From a virus, in IMG/VR virus record IMGVR_UViG_3300037851_000572, positions 1 through 64,000 of that record: a stretch of 64,000 bases of DNA; one strand, 5' to 3'. A program made the position numbers and the translations under genes. Within the stretch, counting starts at the first letter, position 1. Each line of letters begins with the position of its first letter. The notes under the pieces are model-generated. The model did not search any database. It was not told the DNA's origin and worked only from the letters and a program-made list of their open reading frames with translations. Below are positions 17,745 to 27,742 of this stretch, piece by piece.

Positions 17745-18251
17745 TCAGTAACTGAGGTAAACTTGGTTGGTTGCCCAGTACTCGGAGTGCAGCCCAATCT
17801 GGGAGGGGCCCAAGATGCTGCCGATGTTCATGGCCACCTTGACCCGCGACTTCTGCTGCTCGGTCACACCACGAAAGTACTGCAGCCAGTTCATGAGCAA
17901 GGGCGTCTTGTCGTTGATGCCCACGTTGAGGCCGCCCGTCGAGTAGTTCAGGTGGTTGCGCGTCTGCAGTAGGCCCACGGATTCGATGATGGCGATGACG
18001 GTGAGCCGCAGCATAAGGGCGTGCTGCTGCTGCTCGAGGAGCTCATCGAGGGAGAAGTAGGTGAACTGCGGGGTGCCGTTGAAGTCGCTGACCGCGTCCA
18101 TCACGGCCCAGGCAATCATCCGGTCGCTGGTCTCCTCCCCTGCGATGAGTCGGTTGAGCTCGGAGAAATCCCGGATGTACAAGCGGACCATCTGCACGAA
18201 GTGCTTCGTGGCCTCGCTGACACCCGGGATTCCTTCGAGTACCTGCGACAT
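17745..18251 (-). CDS. Hypothetical head-tail joining-type protein (assignment by position only)
   Basis: 168 aa, downstream of the capsid genes. No motif I can name. Confidence 0.5.
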   Translation of the reverse strand: MSQVLEGIPGVSEATKHFVQMVRLYIRDFSELNRLIAGEETSDRMIAWAVMDAVSDFNGTPQFTYFSLDELLEQQQHALMLRLTVIAIIESVGLLQTRNHLNYSTGGLNVGINDKTPLLMNWLQYFRGVTEQQKSRVKVAMNIGSILGPSQIGLHSEYWATNQVYLSY

Positions 18252-18253
18252 GA

Positions 18254-18892
18254 TTACCGCCTCCGGTCCCGCTTGCTCTCACGATGCGAGGACTTCGCCT
18301 CGGGCACTGCGGCTGCCGTCTCCGGCTCCGGAGGAGCGGCTGCGAAGCTGGTGGAAGGCTCCTCGGGAACCGGCTCCGGCTCCAGGAAGCTCGGGGTGGC
18401 CTCGAGCTCGACGTCGGGCAGTGCGTCTTCCGATGGCGGAGGGAGCTCGTCTTCCACCGGCCCCCCGACGAGACCACGGGCTGCCGCAGGAAGGGGGAGG
18501 GGGACGTTCTGCGGGATGAACTTCGGGTCCCCGTGCTTCAGGACGACGTCGCCGACGTTGGCGTTCTTGTCCCGGTCGGCCGAATCGAGCGGGGGCTTCG
18601 GCAGCGGAGGCGACACGGCGGGCGCCTCGAGCACCTTGAAGGTGCTGACGTCGACCCGCAGACCTGCCAAGGTGGTGACCTTGAGCCTGCCCGCCGTCTC
18701 GAGCTTCAAGAGCTCGGGGAGGAGCCGCCGCAGCATGCTCTCCGTGACCGCCTGCGGCCGATTCCGCAGAACGCGCACGGAGCCGCCCCCAAGCATCAGG
18801 GTCATGCGCGGAGGCTCCGGGGCCGTGCGCCGCTGAAAGCGGGTCTCGACCCCGCGGGTGGTGTTGTGAACGAGGTACTGGGTCTCGGGCAT
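18254..18892 (-). CDS. Hypothetical Pro/Glu-rich protein
   Basis: GGAGAA RBS, ATG start. Confidence 0.55.
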   Translation of the reverse strand: MPETQYLVHNTTRGVETRFQRRTAPEPPRMTLMLGGGSVRVLRNRPQAVTESMLRRLLPELLKLETAGRLKVTTLAGLRVDVSTFKVLEAPAVSPPLPKPPLDSADRDKNANVGDVVLKHGDPKFIPQNVPLPLPAAARGLVGGPVEDELPPPSEDALPDVELEATPSFLEPEPVPEEPSTSFAAAPPEPETAAAVPEAKSSHRESKRDRRR

Positions 18893-18925
18893 GAACTTTC
18901 TCCAGTGGGGAGTCTAACAAGAGGA

Positions 18926-18959
18926 AAGGGCGCCAGCACGCGGTGGCGCCGGCGCCCTT
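18926..18959 (-). terminator. GC-rich hairpin after the HNH gene
   Basis: AAGGGCGCC (18926-18934) pairs with GGCGCCCTT (18951-18959). On the minus strand it is followed by TCCTCTTGTT. Confidence 0.35.
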
Positions 18960-18984
18960 CACTCCGGGCCGACCAGGAAGTGGT

Positions 18985-19530
18985 CTACGTCATCTTTCCG
19001 TACCGACGTCGGCTCACGGTTTGAGTCCAGCCATGGTGCGGACAATAGCCGTGGTAGCCAAGGGCGAAGTTGCAGTTCATGCAGAGCACGCGGAAGCCCG
19101 GAGGGAAGTTGTTGCGCTCGAGCCATCGATAGATGTCCTCGTTGTTGGTTTCGCGGCGGTGGTCCGCCCCGTCGCCATTGACGTGGTCGATGGTGAGGAA
19201 CTCGTAGTGACTCTCACCGCAACACACGCATCGAGGGCCCCCGTAGGCGTCAAACACGCGAAGTCGCTGCCGCCTACGTGTGTCCCTGGCCCTCGCACGG
19301 TGCCTCTCCCGATTTCTCGATTCGTACGACAGCTCCCGTGCTCTGCAGGACTCGCAAGAAGAGCGCCCCGGGGCCGCCAGATTAGGGCAGTCGGTGCGAC
19401 TACACACTCCAGGCGGCTTCCCTTTACTCCTATGCTTCGCACGCGCCGTCCGCATGTACTCGGCGCACGCACCGCAGAGGAGGATACCGGGAAGGGATTC
19501 ATGCTTCTTACATCTGGAGCAGGAGGCCAT
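18985..19530 (-). CDS. Free-standing HNH endonuclease
   Basis: CVCCG...IDHVNGDGADHR...N...VLCMNCN, plus N-terminal Cys pairs. Confidence 0.85.
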   Translation of the reverse strand: MASCSRCKKHESLPGILLCGACAEYMRTARAKHRSKGKPPGVCSRTDCPNLAAPGRSSCESCRARELSYESRNRERHRARARDTRRRQRLRVFDAYGGPRCVCCGESHYEFLTIDHVNGDGADHRRETNNEDIYRWLERNNFPPGFRVLCMNCNFALGYHGYCPHHGWTQTVSRRRYGKMT

Positions 19531-19565
19531 GCTACGGCATGGCCTCCATGTTCCCGCAGGTCAAC

Positions 19566-20696
19566 CTAGAACTGGATTACCTGCGGGAACTTGAGCCCCT
19601 GGTCGACGCGGTTGTTGATGGCCCCGAGCTCTTCCTCCGCCCGCGGGATGAAGTTGGCGAGCAGACCGTCGGCGTTGGTCGTCGGGTTGGCGTCGCCACC
19701 GTACAACTCGGTCTTGCGGACCGACGCGATGTTGGCGATGAGCATCGAGATGTCCTCCCACGCCTGCCAACTGATGAGGTTCGCCACCTTGTCGATGTAG
19801 AACTTCGTGTTGTTCAGGATGTAGAACTTCCCAAGGAACTCCGGCCGCGTGAAGACGTACAGGTTGCCCGGACGGAGGATGTCCGTCTTCACCGTGCGGA
19901 TGTACGCACGGCCGAGCAGCACATTGTACTTGTAGCCGTCGACCGTGGTCTCCGACTGGATGCGGTCGCCGTTGTCGTCCACCGTCCACTGCAGGACGTC
20001 GTCGAAGTCGACCTCGGTCATGAGGATGCGCTCGGCGCGCAGCCGGTTGCCGTCCAGCATCTTGAACAGCTCGACGATGTCGGGCCGTTGGAGCGGACGG
20101 ACGGTGGCGTCGTCGGCCGCGCCGGTCGCGCGGGCGAGGGTGCCCTTGCGGATGGAGAACTCCACGACGGAGCCGCCGAGCACCGAGGTGTTATTCAGCG
20201 CCGTCGGGGTGCCGCCGTTGGCCTCCGTCTGGAGAGCCTGAACCGCCGCCTCGATGTGGAGCAGGAACTCGCGGTCCTCGATTTCCTGGATGTCCTTCAC
20301 CGAGTTCTCCTCGATGATTTTCGTGATGGGCATCTCGTAGGCGAGAAGCTCCTGCTCGGTCTTCTGGAAGATTTCCGAGGTGATGGTGAAGAACGCAGCC
20401 TCGGCGCGCTCCCCGCGGATGAACCGCGTGGTGGGCTGCCCGCGGAAGCTGATGGCCATGGCCCGACTCTTGGGCTCGATGTCCACAATCTTCACGAGCG
20501 TGTCGTGACTGGTCGAACGCTGGCAGTCGGTGCGGGTCAGCTGCTCCGGGGGCAGAATCTTGCGCGCGAAGCTCACCTCGCGCAGGCGGTCCCGGATGTA
20601 GCTTCCACCGTACTGCGCGAGCTTCTCCTTGCCCTCAGCCGAGTTCAGCTTGGCGGTGAAGGCATCGTTGAGCATGCGCGGCGAAATGGCACTCAT
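19566..20696 (-). CDS. Major capsid protein candidate (HK97-fold type)
   Basis: 376 aa with an AAGGAGA RBS. The N-terminal GGSYIRDRLREVSFARKILPPE pattern is one I associate with tailed-phage major capsid proteins. Position follows the protease, scaffold-like and decoration-like genes. Confidence 0.7.
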   Translation of the reverse strand: MSAISPRMLNDAFTAKLNSAEGKEKLAQYGGSYIRDRLREVSFARKILPPEQLTRTDCQRSTSHDTLVKIVDIEPKSRAMAISFRGQPTTRFIRGERAEAAFFTITSEIFQKTEQELLAYEMPITKIIEENSVKDIQEIEDREFLLHIEAAVQALQTEANGGTPTALNNTSVLGGSVVEFSIRKGTLARATGAADDATVRPLQRPDIVELFKMLDGNRLRAERILMTEVDFDDVLQWTVDDNGDRIQSETTVDGYKYNVLLGRAYIRTVKTDILRPGNLYVFTRPEFLGKFYILNNTKFYIDKVANLISWQAWEDISMLIANIASVRKTELYGGDANPTTNADGLLANFIPRAEEELGAINNRVDQGLKFPQVIQF

Positions 20697-20748
20697 GATT
20701 GGTCTCCTTGTGGTTCCTGGTTGATTCCTCGTTCAGGCCAGCCACTTC

Positions 20749-21261
20749 CTAGAAGAAGATGCCGCCGCGAATCCGGAGCTTGCCGCCGTTGGTGGCGGGC
20801 AAGCGGGTGATGATACCGACGGTGATACCGGAGCCGGGGGAGGCGACGGTGCCGTTGGCGACGAGCCCGGAGTACTGCTTGCCTCCGAGCGCGATGACCG
20901 CCACCGAGACGCGGCCCAGGAGGACCATGCTGGTGGCGTTGAAGATGCGGGTGTCGAACTCCCACTGCCCGAGGTAGAGCAGGGTGGAGGCGCGCTCACC
21001 GCGGGCCTGCACGTCGGTGCGGCCCCGCTCGGCCCACAGGGGCCAGCTCGGCAGCGTCGCAGCGTCGCCCGGCGAACCACCGACGACGTCGACGGCGCGC
21101 TGCATCTTGTTGGCACTGGTGAGGGTCATCCACTCGCCGTCGACCAGGGCATTCGCGTTGAAGGGATTGGCCAGGTCGGGGTCGACGAGAGGGAAGTCCC
21201 GGGTTTGGAGGTGCATCAAGTTCGAGACGGTCTCGAAGTTGACCTTCTGCACGGTACTCAT
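20749..21261 (-). CDS. Possible head decoration/auxiliary capsid protein
   Basis: 170 aa, beta-rich, AAGGAGAA RBS. Sits immediately upstream of the MCP, as in lambda D-E order. Confidence 0.45.
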   Translation of the reverse strand: MSTVQKVNFETVSNLMHLQTRDFPLVDPDLANPFNANALVDGEWMTLTSANKMQRAVDVVGGSPGDAATLPSWPLWAERGRTDVQARGERASTLLYLGQWEFDTRIFNATSMVLLGRVSVAVIALGGKQYSGLVANGTVASPGSGITVGIITRLPATNGGKLRIRGGIFF

Positions 21262-21293
21262 GGTGTGTTCTCCTTACGTCCTTGGGGATTCTC

Positions 21294-21665
21294 TCAGCCG
21301 ATGGAGCCGAGGAGGTAGCGCTCGAGGTCCATCCCCGCTGCCCCACCCATCGGCGTGTCGTGAATCGAAGCGGTCTTGAAGCTCATGTCAGGACCCACCA
21401 TATCGACCGCCTCTTCGATGGTGGCCAGCCTGCCCTCCTCAGCCGCCTTTTCGAGGCTGCTGACGAGAGAGGGGAACTCGATGTCGGTGTTGATGCCCTT
21501 CTGGTGCATCTGCATCGCGACCTTCTCCGCCTGGGTTCGGCGGATGTAGGCCGCTTCCTTGAGTTGCGCCTCCGCCACCTTGGCGAGAGCAGCATCCCGC
21601 TCGTTGGTGAGCGTGCGCACCAGCCGAGCGGAATCGAGCAGAACTTGGGCCGTCTTACTTCGCAT
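21294..21665 (-). CDS. Small helical scaffold-like protein
   Basis: Start trimmed to MRSKTAQVLL (ATG at 21665). Confidence 0.5.
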   Translation of the reverse strand: MRSKTAQVLLDSARLVRTLTNERDAALAKVAEAQLKEAAYIRRTQAEKVAMQMHQKGINTDIEFPSLVSSLEKAAEEGRLATIEEAVDMVGPDMSFKTASIHDTPMGGAAGMDLERYLLGSIG

Positions 21666-21672
21666 GTCGTCC

Positions 21673-23259
21673 TCACATGGTGGGGCGGGCTTTGGCACCC
21701 TGAGGCGCCATACCGGCGGCACTCATGCCGCCCATCTGCGACTCGGGGGTGCTGAGATTGGAGGTCTTGACCTTCTTCGCCTTGTCCGCGCAGGCCTCCT
21801 CGGCCAGCTTGAGAATCAGGGCGTGGGCCGCCGCGGTCTTCGTCAACCGGGAGGCCGGGGTTGGGGCTGCGGGGCGTCGCGCCGAGGCCTGCTTGGTGGT
21901 CGGCTTGGCAGCGGGCTTCGCAGCGGCCTGCTTGGTGGTCGGGAGCTTCGCCGCCAGCTGCTGGGCGAGCTGGCCGAAGCGGGTGTGCGCCACCTTGGCC
22001 CCCGCCTCGTTGGTGTGCTCGAAGGCCTGCGCGAGAGCCTGGTCCGTCGAGGCGCTGAGCGCGGGCTCCACCAGGAGCTGCCCGAGGTCCCGCTTGGGGT
22101 CCATCTTCGCTTGCCGCTTGGTGTAGGCGATGGCGGCCTCGTTGGAGCCGATGAAGGACTCCTGCCGGCTGACGTCGCTCGGGACAGCGGGGACGGGCCC
22201 CTCCTCCGCCGCGCTCACGCCCATCGGCGCTTCCTCACCCTCTGCACTGGCGGGGCCAGCCGAAATCTGGGCGGGGTTGATGGCATCCTCCGCCTGCTTG
22301 CGCAGGCCGAGAGCAGCGAGGTTCTTGGCGAGGATGCCGGCCTGCTTGGGGGCGTCGACAGCGGCACTCGCACGGTCATCTCGGATGCCCTTGAGTGCGG
22401 CCAACCGATTCCCGTAAGCGCCGCCCGCTGCCCCACCCGCCATCGCCCCGAGACGGCCTCCGAGCACCATGCCAAGCTCAGGGTTGCCCACAGCCATTCC
22501 GCCGAGAGTGCCTACACCTGCGCCCACGCCAGCCCCACCGAGTTCTCCCAGTCCCGACCCCAGGAACGTATGACCGGCACCTCGCCACCCCTCAGTCACC
22601 CCGCCACCGACTGCTCCAGCGCCAGGGAATGGGATAGCGCCTCCGATACCGCCGGATAGCATAGCTGAGCGCACCCGAGCCTCCTCTTCAGGAGTGAGGT
22701 CCGTCGGTAGCCCACCAGCCATCTTCTTCAGCAGAGCGAGATTGCGCTGCGCGAGCTTGGCAGCCGAGGTCTTCAGCGCGTCGTTCGACGTGGTCTCGTT
22801 GTTCATGGGGTCAACCGGCTGCTCGCCGTGCTCCATGTCGAGGTTCGTCGCCAGAGCGTTGGCCGGGCCCTTGGAGTCCGGGAAGGACACCAGCGGCGGG
22901 TTCACCGGCACCTGATTCGCCGACGTGGCCGAGCCCGTGGTGCCGGCATCGAAGGGGTTCTCCCCATCGGGAGCCTGCGACACCTCGAGGGCGTTCGGGC
23001 CATCACCCGGCCCCACACCGGACGAGCCGCCGGGGAGCTGGATGTCGGCCTGCTTGGCCAGGTACTCGAGCGCCGAGGCGTACTTCTCGCACACCTCGGA
23101 TGGAATGTGGGGGCTCGTCGGCCGCACGGCGGCCGTCTTGGCGACAGGGATGCCCAGCTGTCGATGCGCCTCGACGGCGACGTTCGCCTTCGCGACGGTC
23201 GCCTCCATGGCGGTCTTCACCAGGTCCTGCAGAAGGGGTCGTTGCATGATGCTTCCCAT
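21673..23259 (-). CDS. Hypothetical protein with a long central glycine-zipper region
   Basis: Start set at MGSIMQRP with an AGGAGA RBS (alternative GTG at 23529). Contains GGIGGAIPFPGAGAVGGG...GGAGVGAGVGTLGGMAVG and LKLAEEA. Confidence 0.55.
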   Translation of the reverse strand: MGSIMQRPLLQDLVKTAMEATVAKANVAVEAHRQLGIPVAKTAAVRPTSPHIPSEVCEKYASALEYLAKQADIQLPGGSSGVGPGDGPNALEVSQAPDGENPFDAGTTGSATSANQVPVNPPLVSFPDSKGPANALATNLDMEHGEQPVDPMNNETTSNDALKTSAAKLAQRNLALLKKMAGGLPTDLTPEEEARVRSAMLSGGIGGAIPFPGAGAVGGGVTEGWRGAGHTFLGSGLGELGGAGVGAGVGTLGGMAVGNPELGMVLGGRLGAMAGGAAGGAYGNRLAALKGIRDDRASAAVDAPKQAGILAKNLAALGLRKQAEDAINPAQISAGPASAEGEEAPMGVSAAEEGPVPAVPSDVSRQESFIGSNEAAIAYTKRQAKMDPKRDLGQLLVEPALSASTDQALAQAFEHTNEAGAKVAHTRFGQLAQQLAAKLPTTKQAAAKPAAKPTTKQASARRPAAPTPASRLTKTAAAHALILKLAEEACADKAKKVKTSNLSTPESQMGGMSAAGMAPQGAKARPTM

Positions 23260-23554
23260 GGGTTCTCTCCTATGCGCCACCTTCTGCGGCAGGAACTCCA
23301 TGCCGCGCGGGGCTGTGGCTTTCTGCTCCCCACCGTAGGAGGGGGTGGGGGCGCCGCCCGTGTTGACTCGGGAGTACGTTGTGCGTGGAGAGAGTCCGCG
23401 CGGACCGAGCCGACCCGGCGCGGACTTGTTCTCGACGGCCACTGGTGCCGTGGGCATCCCGGCCGCCGTCGACTTCACGGGGTCGGGAAGTGCGGAGCCC
23501 AGGGAGTCTGCTTGCTTGCGCCACGTCACCAGTGCCTCGTCGAGCGCGTTGGGG

Positions 23555-24397
23555 TCAGCTGCCGAAAACCTCTTCCCAGTTCACGGGGTAGCCCGCCCGC
23601 TCGAGGTACTCGAGGGAGCGAACGTGGATGGCGTGGGAGGTGTCCTCGACGTAGGCCACCTTCTCGCTGTCCTCGAGCCCGAGGTTGTAGACCGACTCGA
23701 CCAGCTTGAGCGCCTGGTCGGTATCGTAGCCGGCCGCACCCGCCACCTTGACGGCGTTCTGCGCCGCGAGGAGCTCGAAGGCCGAAGCCTCCTTCTTGGA
23801 GTGCCGCCCCAGGGCGTAGCCACCCAAACCCGCGGTACCGATGGCCGCAGTGCCCCCTGCAACAGCTCCGATGGTCTTCTTGTGCTTCTTCGCGAACTCG
23901 ACGCCCTGCCCGGCGCGCTCCTTGGCAGACGACGCGACAGACGACGCCGCCGCGCCCACCCGCTTCTTGGCCGCGCTGTACCCCTTGCGCAGGAACTCGG
24001 GCATCGCCGCCTGCTTCTCGATGTCACTGAGCTCCCGGACGAACGAGTGGGCCATGACCTGCCCCATCAGCTCCGCCTCGGCGAGCTTGGCCACCTGAGC
24101 CTTCTTCTCCTCGTGCTCCTCCTTGGCAGCCTCTTCTACCGCCTCCTCCTCGGGGGTCTCCCCCTCCTCGTGCTCCTTCTGCTCCTCCGACGCGGACTCC
24201 TCGCCCTCCTCGGCATGCTTGCCGAAAGTCTCGCGGTAGAGCGCGTCCACCTGCTGAGGACTGAGGGTGGTGAGGTCAATGCCCTCGTCGGCAGCCAGCT
24301 TGGCGAAGAGCTCGAGCTGGGCGGTCTTCGTCTGGCCAGCGGGGGCGGCGGAAGCGGTCTTGGTGGTGCCGAACATCTCTGCGAGCCACGTATTCAT
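23555..24397 (-). CDS. Acidic scaffold-like protein with a glycine-zipper segment
   Basis: Glu-rich block EEGEESASEEQKEHEEGETPEEE, AKLAEAE, GAVAGGTAAIGTAGLGGYALG. Confidence 0.65.
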   Translation of the reverse strand: MNTWLAEMFGTTKTASAAPAGQTKTAQLELFAKLAADEGIDLTTLSPQQVDALYRETFGKHAEEGEESASEEQKEHEEGETPEEEAVEEAAKEEHEEKKAQVAKLAEAELMGQVMAHSFVRELSDIEKQAAMPEFLRKGYSAAKKRVGAAASSVASSAKERAGQGVEFAKKHKKTIGAVAGGTAAIGTAGLGGYALGRHSKKEASAFELLAAQNAVKVAGAAGYDTDQALKLVESVYNLGLEDSEKVAYVEDTSHAIHVRSLEYLERAGYPVNWEEVFGS

Positions 24398-24445
24398 GGG
24401 TTCTCTCCTGGTCCTTCTTCGTGTTGGTCGACGTCGTGCCTCACA

Positions 24446-27400
24446 TCACGTGTTCCTGGAGGGGTGACCCCTCTTCACGCTGGCAACTGACTGGGTTCCT
24501 ACTTTTACCACCCCCGTGGCCGAATCCACAAACGGTACCTCTTCTAGGAACGCGTCTCTGAAGTAGGCGTAGGAGAGCGGAGTGAACAACGACTCCGGCG
24601 GCGCGGCCGCGAGCTTCTGCAGCTCAACGTCGGATGGTGCCGACAGAGGAAGCAGGTCTTGTACGCTCGCCACCAGTTCCATCAGTGCTTGCCGATAGCC
24701 GTTGTAGGCAGCACCAATCTTACGGAAGTCCTCGCGCGGATGGGAAGCAGATGTTTCATCCTCCCCATTCTGAACAATGATGACCCTCTTTTCGGAGTAG
24801 GGGGCAAGACCTGAACGCCCCGCGAGAAGCGGGCGCAGTATGCGCGCCAAAGCAGGCAGGAACGAACCCGCCCCGAGACTGCAGGGAGAGCACTCTTCAG
24901 AGCTAGGAAAGAGCTCCCCGCGTTCATCCGCCTCATCCGCGAGGTCTCGACTCCCCATACGGATAAGCGTGATGCGCTGGAACTCCCGGGGCTTCAACAC
25001 GATGCCCATAGCTCCCGTAGTCCCGAGCGCCTTGTCCTCCGGCACCGAACTCAACGCGTTGATGGCCCAGTCGGGGAGGTCCTTGTCGGTCTTCGAGAGG
25101 AGAGGCACAGCCTTGTCGGCAGGCAACTCCTTGTCGATTTCCCCCTGCTTGAGCTCCGCCCCCTTGAAGCCGAAGGCCGACTTCAGGAGAAGGTCGGCCG
25201 ATGCCTCCTTCGTATCCTTCAGCAGCTCCTTCTTCAACTCCGCCTTGGTGTCGACATGAACGATGTGGTCCTCGACCTTCGACGGGGTCACCTTCTTCAC
25301 AGACAGGGGCTCCACCTCGTTCTTGATGTAGGCCTGCCCCTCGTTGGCCTTTCCCTTCCCGTACACGGCGCCGTCACTCGGGAGCTTGTGCAAGAACCCT
25401 GCCCTGGGCTCCTCATCCCCCACGATAATGAGCCTATCCTTGGGCGTCACCGCGTAGTCCGTCTTGCCCTTCAACGTGCTGCCCACCGCGTACAGCATCG
25501 CCTCCAGAGGCTCAGTGGACGCGTACACAGCATCCTGATTCTGGAAGGTGTTCTGACCCTTCGCTGGGCGGGGCTCGAGCACCTCCCGCTTCTCGGCGGA
25601 GCCGTGGAAGAGCGCAGCAGCGCTGGCAACCTTGGCGTCCGATACGAACCCCTCCTCCATCTTCTCCCCCGCCTCGGCGCTGGGGACGTACCGAGGAGTA
25701 CCGTGGCGCACGATGAAGACCATCACCTTGGCGGTACGGTCGGCGCCGATGAACACGAAGCTGATGTCGAAGAAGCGCGGGTACGGGTTGTAGACGAAGA
25801 CCTTCCTGCCATCAGGCAGGATGCGGTTCATGTGGTTCGCGGTCCACTCGTCGTAGTCCGCGCGGGTGATGCTGAGCCCGCGGATGCCTACGCCATCCTT
25901 CTCCTTCAGCTTCTTGTGGTACTCGACGACGGCGAGCCCGGGGTAGGCGTACTGCGTGGGGTTGAAGGTGGCGAGCGCCTTGTTGTACGTCTCCCAGTCC
26001 GTCGTGATGGAGCTGAGGTCGTAGCAGACCTTCGAGTTGTGAACGGCTAGCCCCTCAGCAACGTAGCTCTCATCCCCCTCAACGGAGAAGTTAAAGACGT
26101 CGTCGTCATGCGGGGCTTCATCAATCTCTAGGATGGGCGCCATCAGATATGTGACGCCACCACTCTCGTAGAAGAACCGCTGCCCGCGAACCTTTATCGA
26201 GTGACGTACTGGCTTCGAGATGTAGCGCTCCAACTTCCAGGAGAAGTCGGTACCTACCCAAACTTGGTACTCAGTTGTCTCCTTTCTAACAACTGACTTC
26301 TCCGAGGGCTTGTGCTCATTCTTGTTAACGGAGGCAACCAAGCCACAGCGGGCAAGAGCTATGAAGAGCTGATGAGCGAGCTGCTCTGACGACGTGGAGA
26401 AGTACAAGGAACCCTTGTATGTGCCCCCGTCTCCGTTCAGGTAGGCCCCAAGAAGTTCCAGGAGCAGAGCGGGGTCCTCATGAAGAACCTCTTGTGACAG
26501 CACCTTGGTTTTCGCGCCGTCCCCGCAATGGAAGGAGCATAGGTACGCCAGCGTCTTTGAAACGATGGATACAGTACGCGAGCCAACTTCCGGCTTCTCG
26601 TGGTGCCATAGCACCTCAACCCCAAAGGAGCGGGCGAGTTTCTCAATCTCCTCCGCGAGTTCATTCTCCTCGTAGTTAAGAGAGAAGTTCACTTGCTCTC
26701 GAGGGCGGTCGTTGTAGTTCGAGACATGTCCTTCCGCCAGGTAATAACCGAGTAGACGAGCGAGGGAACGATTACCCTGTAGAGCACCGCTGGTACTCAG
26801 CGTAGGTACCGGAAAAGCTAGGTAGTCGCCCACCTGCGCCTCGTCAGCCCTACGCCACTCAAACTCGTACGAGGGCGTCACCGAGCAGCTAGAGCACCCC
26901 TTACTTACGCCTTTGACGAAGGGCGTACAGTGACGCTGCTTACGCCCCTTGTTAACGATGTGCGGCTGCGGGTCGCACCGAAGTTGCTCACCGTCTACAA
27001 GCCATAGTGGGTGGTTACCCGTGACAACAAGCTCCCGACGAAACCCATAGACGTTGAAGCGGAAGACGCTGCCCGGGTGATGCCGCCGCATCGTACCGGT
27101 CACCCGCCGGTGCGCTCCTGTGTGCGTCAGCACCATCTCCGTTTCGCGCACGAGCTCGATGGGTTTCTGCGTTCCATCGGACATCGTGATGAGGGAGCCG
27201 GAGGGGAGGCAGCCCATCGAGACGTCGGGGAACTGCCCAGCCTTCAGCTTGTCCCAGACGGGCACGCCCCCGAACTGCTCGCACTTGTCGTAGTCGACGC
27301 GGCAGACGAGCTCGACGCGCTTCATCAGCTCGTTCCACACCGCGAGCTCTACCTCGCCGTACGCGCGGGAGGGGTCCTTGTTCCGGTGATGAGCGTAGGG

Positions 27401-27739
27401 CAATGCGTTGTAGAAAGTGGGGTAGCCGTAGGTCCAGCCCTTCCCCAGTGTCTTGTCGAGCAGGGGGTTGCCCGACCAATTGGGCGGGGTGTGTACGAGA
27501 CCAGACTCCTCGAACCAGTCCCCGTTGATATTACTCGAGTAGTACTCCCCCGCCCCCATAGCGTTGACGAGGACGTACTGACTGCCCGCCTTGGGCTTCA
27601 GGTCCTTGATGTACGACAGCACCTCCGGCAGCAGCGTGACCGACGCGCTCTTCTCGAACACACCGTCTGCAGCCCCAAAGAGCGGTACGGCTGAGTACCC
27701 GTAGTCGCTCTCCGAAAGGAAGGTGCTGACCTTGTACAT
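24446..27739 (-). CDS. Prohead protease candidate (T4 gp21-like N-domain), interrupted by an intein and carrying a long C-terminal extension
   Basis: From memory, LPYAHHRNKDP...VELVCRVDY...WDKLKAGQFPDVSMG aligns with T4 gp21 GELNHPPRANVDP...ANIRAGWIPGVSSRG. The later FDISFVFIGADRTAKV aligns with the gp21 Asp block. Position is upstream of the scaffold-like genes and MCP. Confidence 0.55.
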   Translation of the reverse strand: MYKVSTFLSESDYGYSAVPLFGAADGVFEKSASVTLLPEVLSYIKDLKPKAGSQYVLVNAMGAGEYYSSNINGDWFEESGLVHTPPNWSGNPLLDKTLGKGWTYGYPTFYNALPYAHHRNKDPSRAYGEVELAVWNELMKRVELVCRVDYDKCEQFGGVPVWDKLKAGQFPDVSMGCLPSGSLITMSDGTQKPIELVRETEMVLTHTGAHRRVTGTMRRHHPGSVFRFNVYGFRRELVVTGNHPLWLVDGEQLRCDPQPHIVNKGRKQRHCTPFVKGVSKGCSSCSVTPSYEFEWRRADEAQVGDYLAFPVPTLSTSGALQGNRSLARLLGYYLAEGHVSNYNDRPREQVNFSLNYEENELAEEIEKLARSFGVEVLWHHEKPEVGSRTVSIVSKTLAYLCSFHCGDGAKTKVLSQEVLHEDPALLLELLGAYLNGDGGTYKGSLYFSTSSEQLAHQLFIALARCGLVASVNKNEHKPSEKSVVRKETTEYQVWVGTDFSWKLERYISKPVRHSIKVRGQRFFYESGGVTYLMAPILEIDEAPHDDDVFNFSVEGDESYVAEGLAVHNSKVCYDLSSITTDWETYNKALATFNPTQYAYPGLAVVEYHKKLKEKDGVGIRGLSITRADYDEWTANHMNRILPDGRKVFVYNPYPRFFDISFVFIGADRTAKVMVFIVRHGTPRYVPSAEAGEKMEEGFVSDAKVASAAALFHGSAEKREVLEPRPAKGQNTFQNQDAVYASTEPLEAMLYAVGSTLKGKTDYAVTPKDRLIIVGDEEPRAGFLHKLPSDGAVYGKGKANEGQAYIKNEVEPLSVKKVTPSKVEDHIVHVDTKAELKKELLKDTKEASADLLLKSAFGFKGAELKQGEIDKELPADKAVPLLSKTDKDLPDWAINALSSVPEDKALGTTGAMGIVLKPREFQRITLIRMGSRDLADEADERGELFPSSEECSPCSLGAGSFLPALARILRPLLAGRSGLAPYSEKRVIIVQNGEDETSASHPREDFRKIGAAYNGYRQALMELVASVQDLLPLSAPSDVELQKLAAAPPESLFTPLSYAYFRDAFLEEVPFVDSATGVVKVGTQSVASVKRGHPSRNT
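26036..27211 (-). mobile_element. Intein with LAGLIDADG homing-endonuclease domain (392 aa) in the protease gene
   Basis: Starts CLPSGSLITMSDG (Cys codon 27209-27211) and ends AEGLAVHN|S (Asn codon 26036-26038). Block B-like LTHTGAH. LAGLIDADG motifs LLGYYLAEGHV and LLGAYLNGDGG. GC visibly lower than the flanks. Confidence 0.85.
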
Positions 27740-27742
27740 TGG

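Noticed and set aside
23260-23554. A 295-nt gap that could be a separate gene (23270..23524) or the N-terminus of the 21673 gene starting at GTG 23529.
   Set aside because: The ORF 23270..23524 translation looks like a shadow frame. The strong AGGAGA plus ATG at 23259 is favoured. The GTG-23529 extension remains possible and is noted in the feature.
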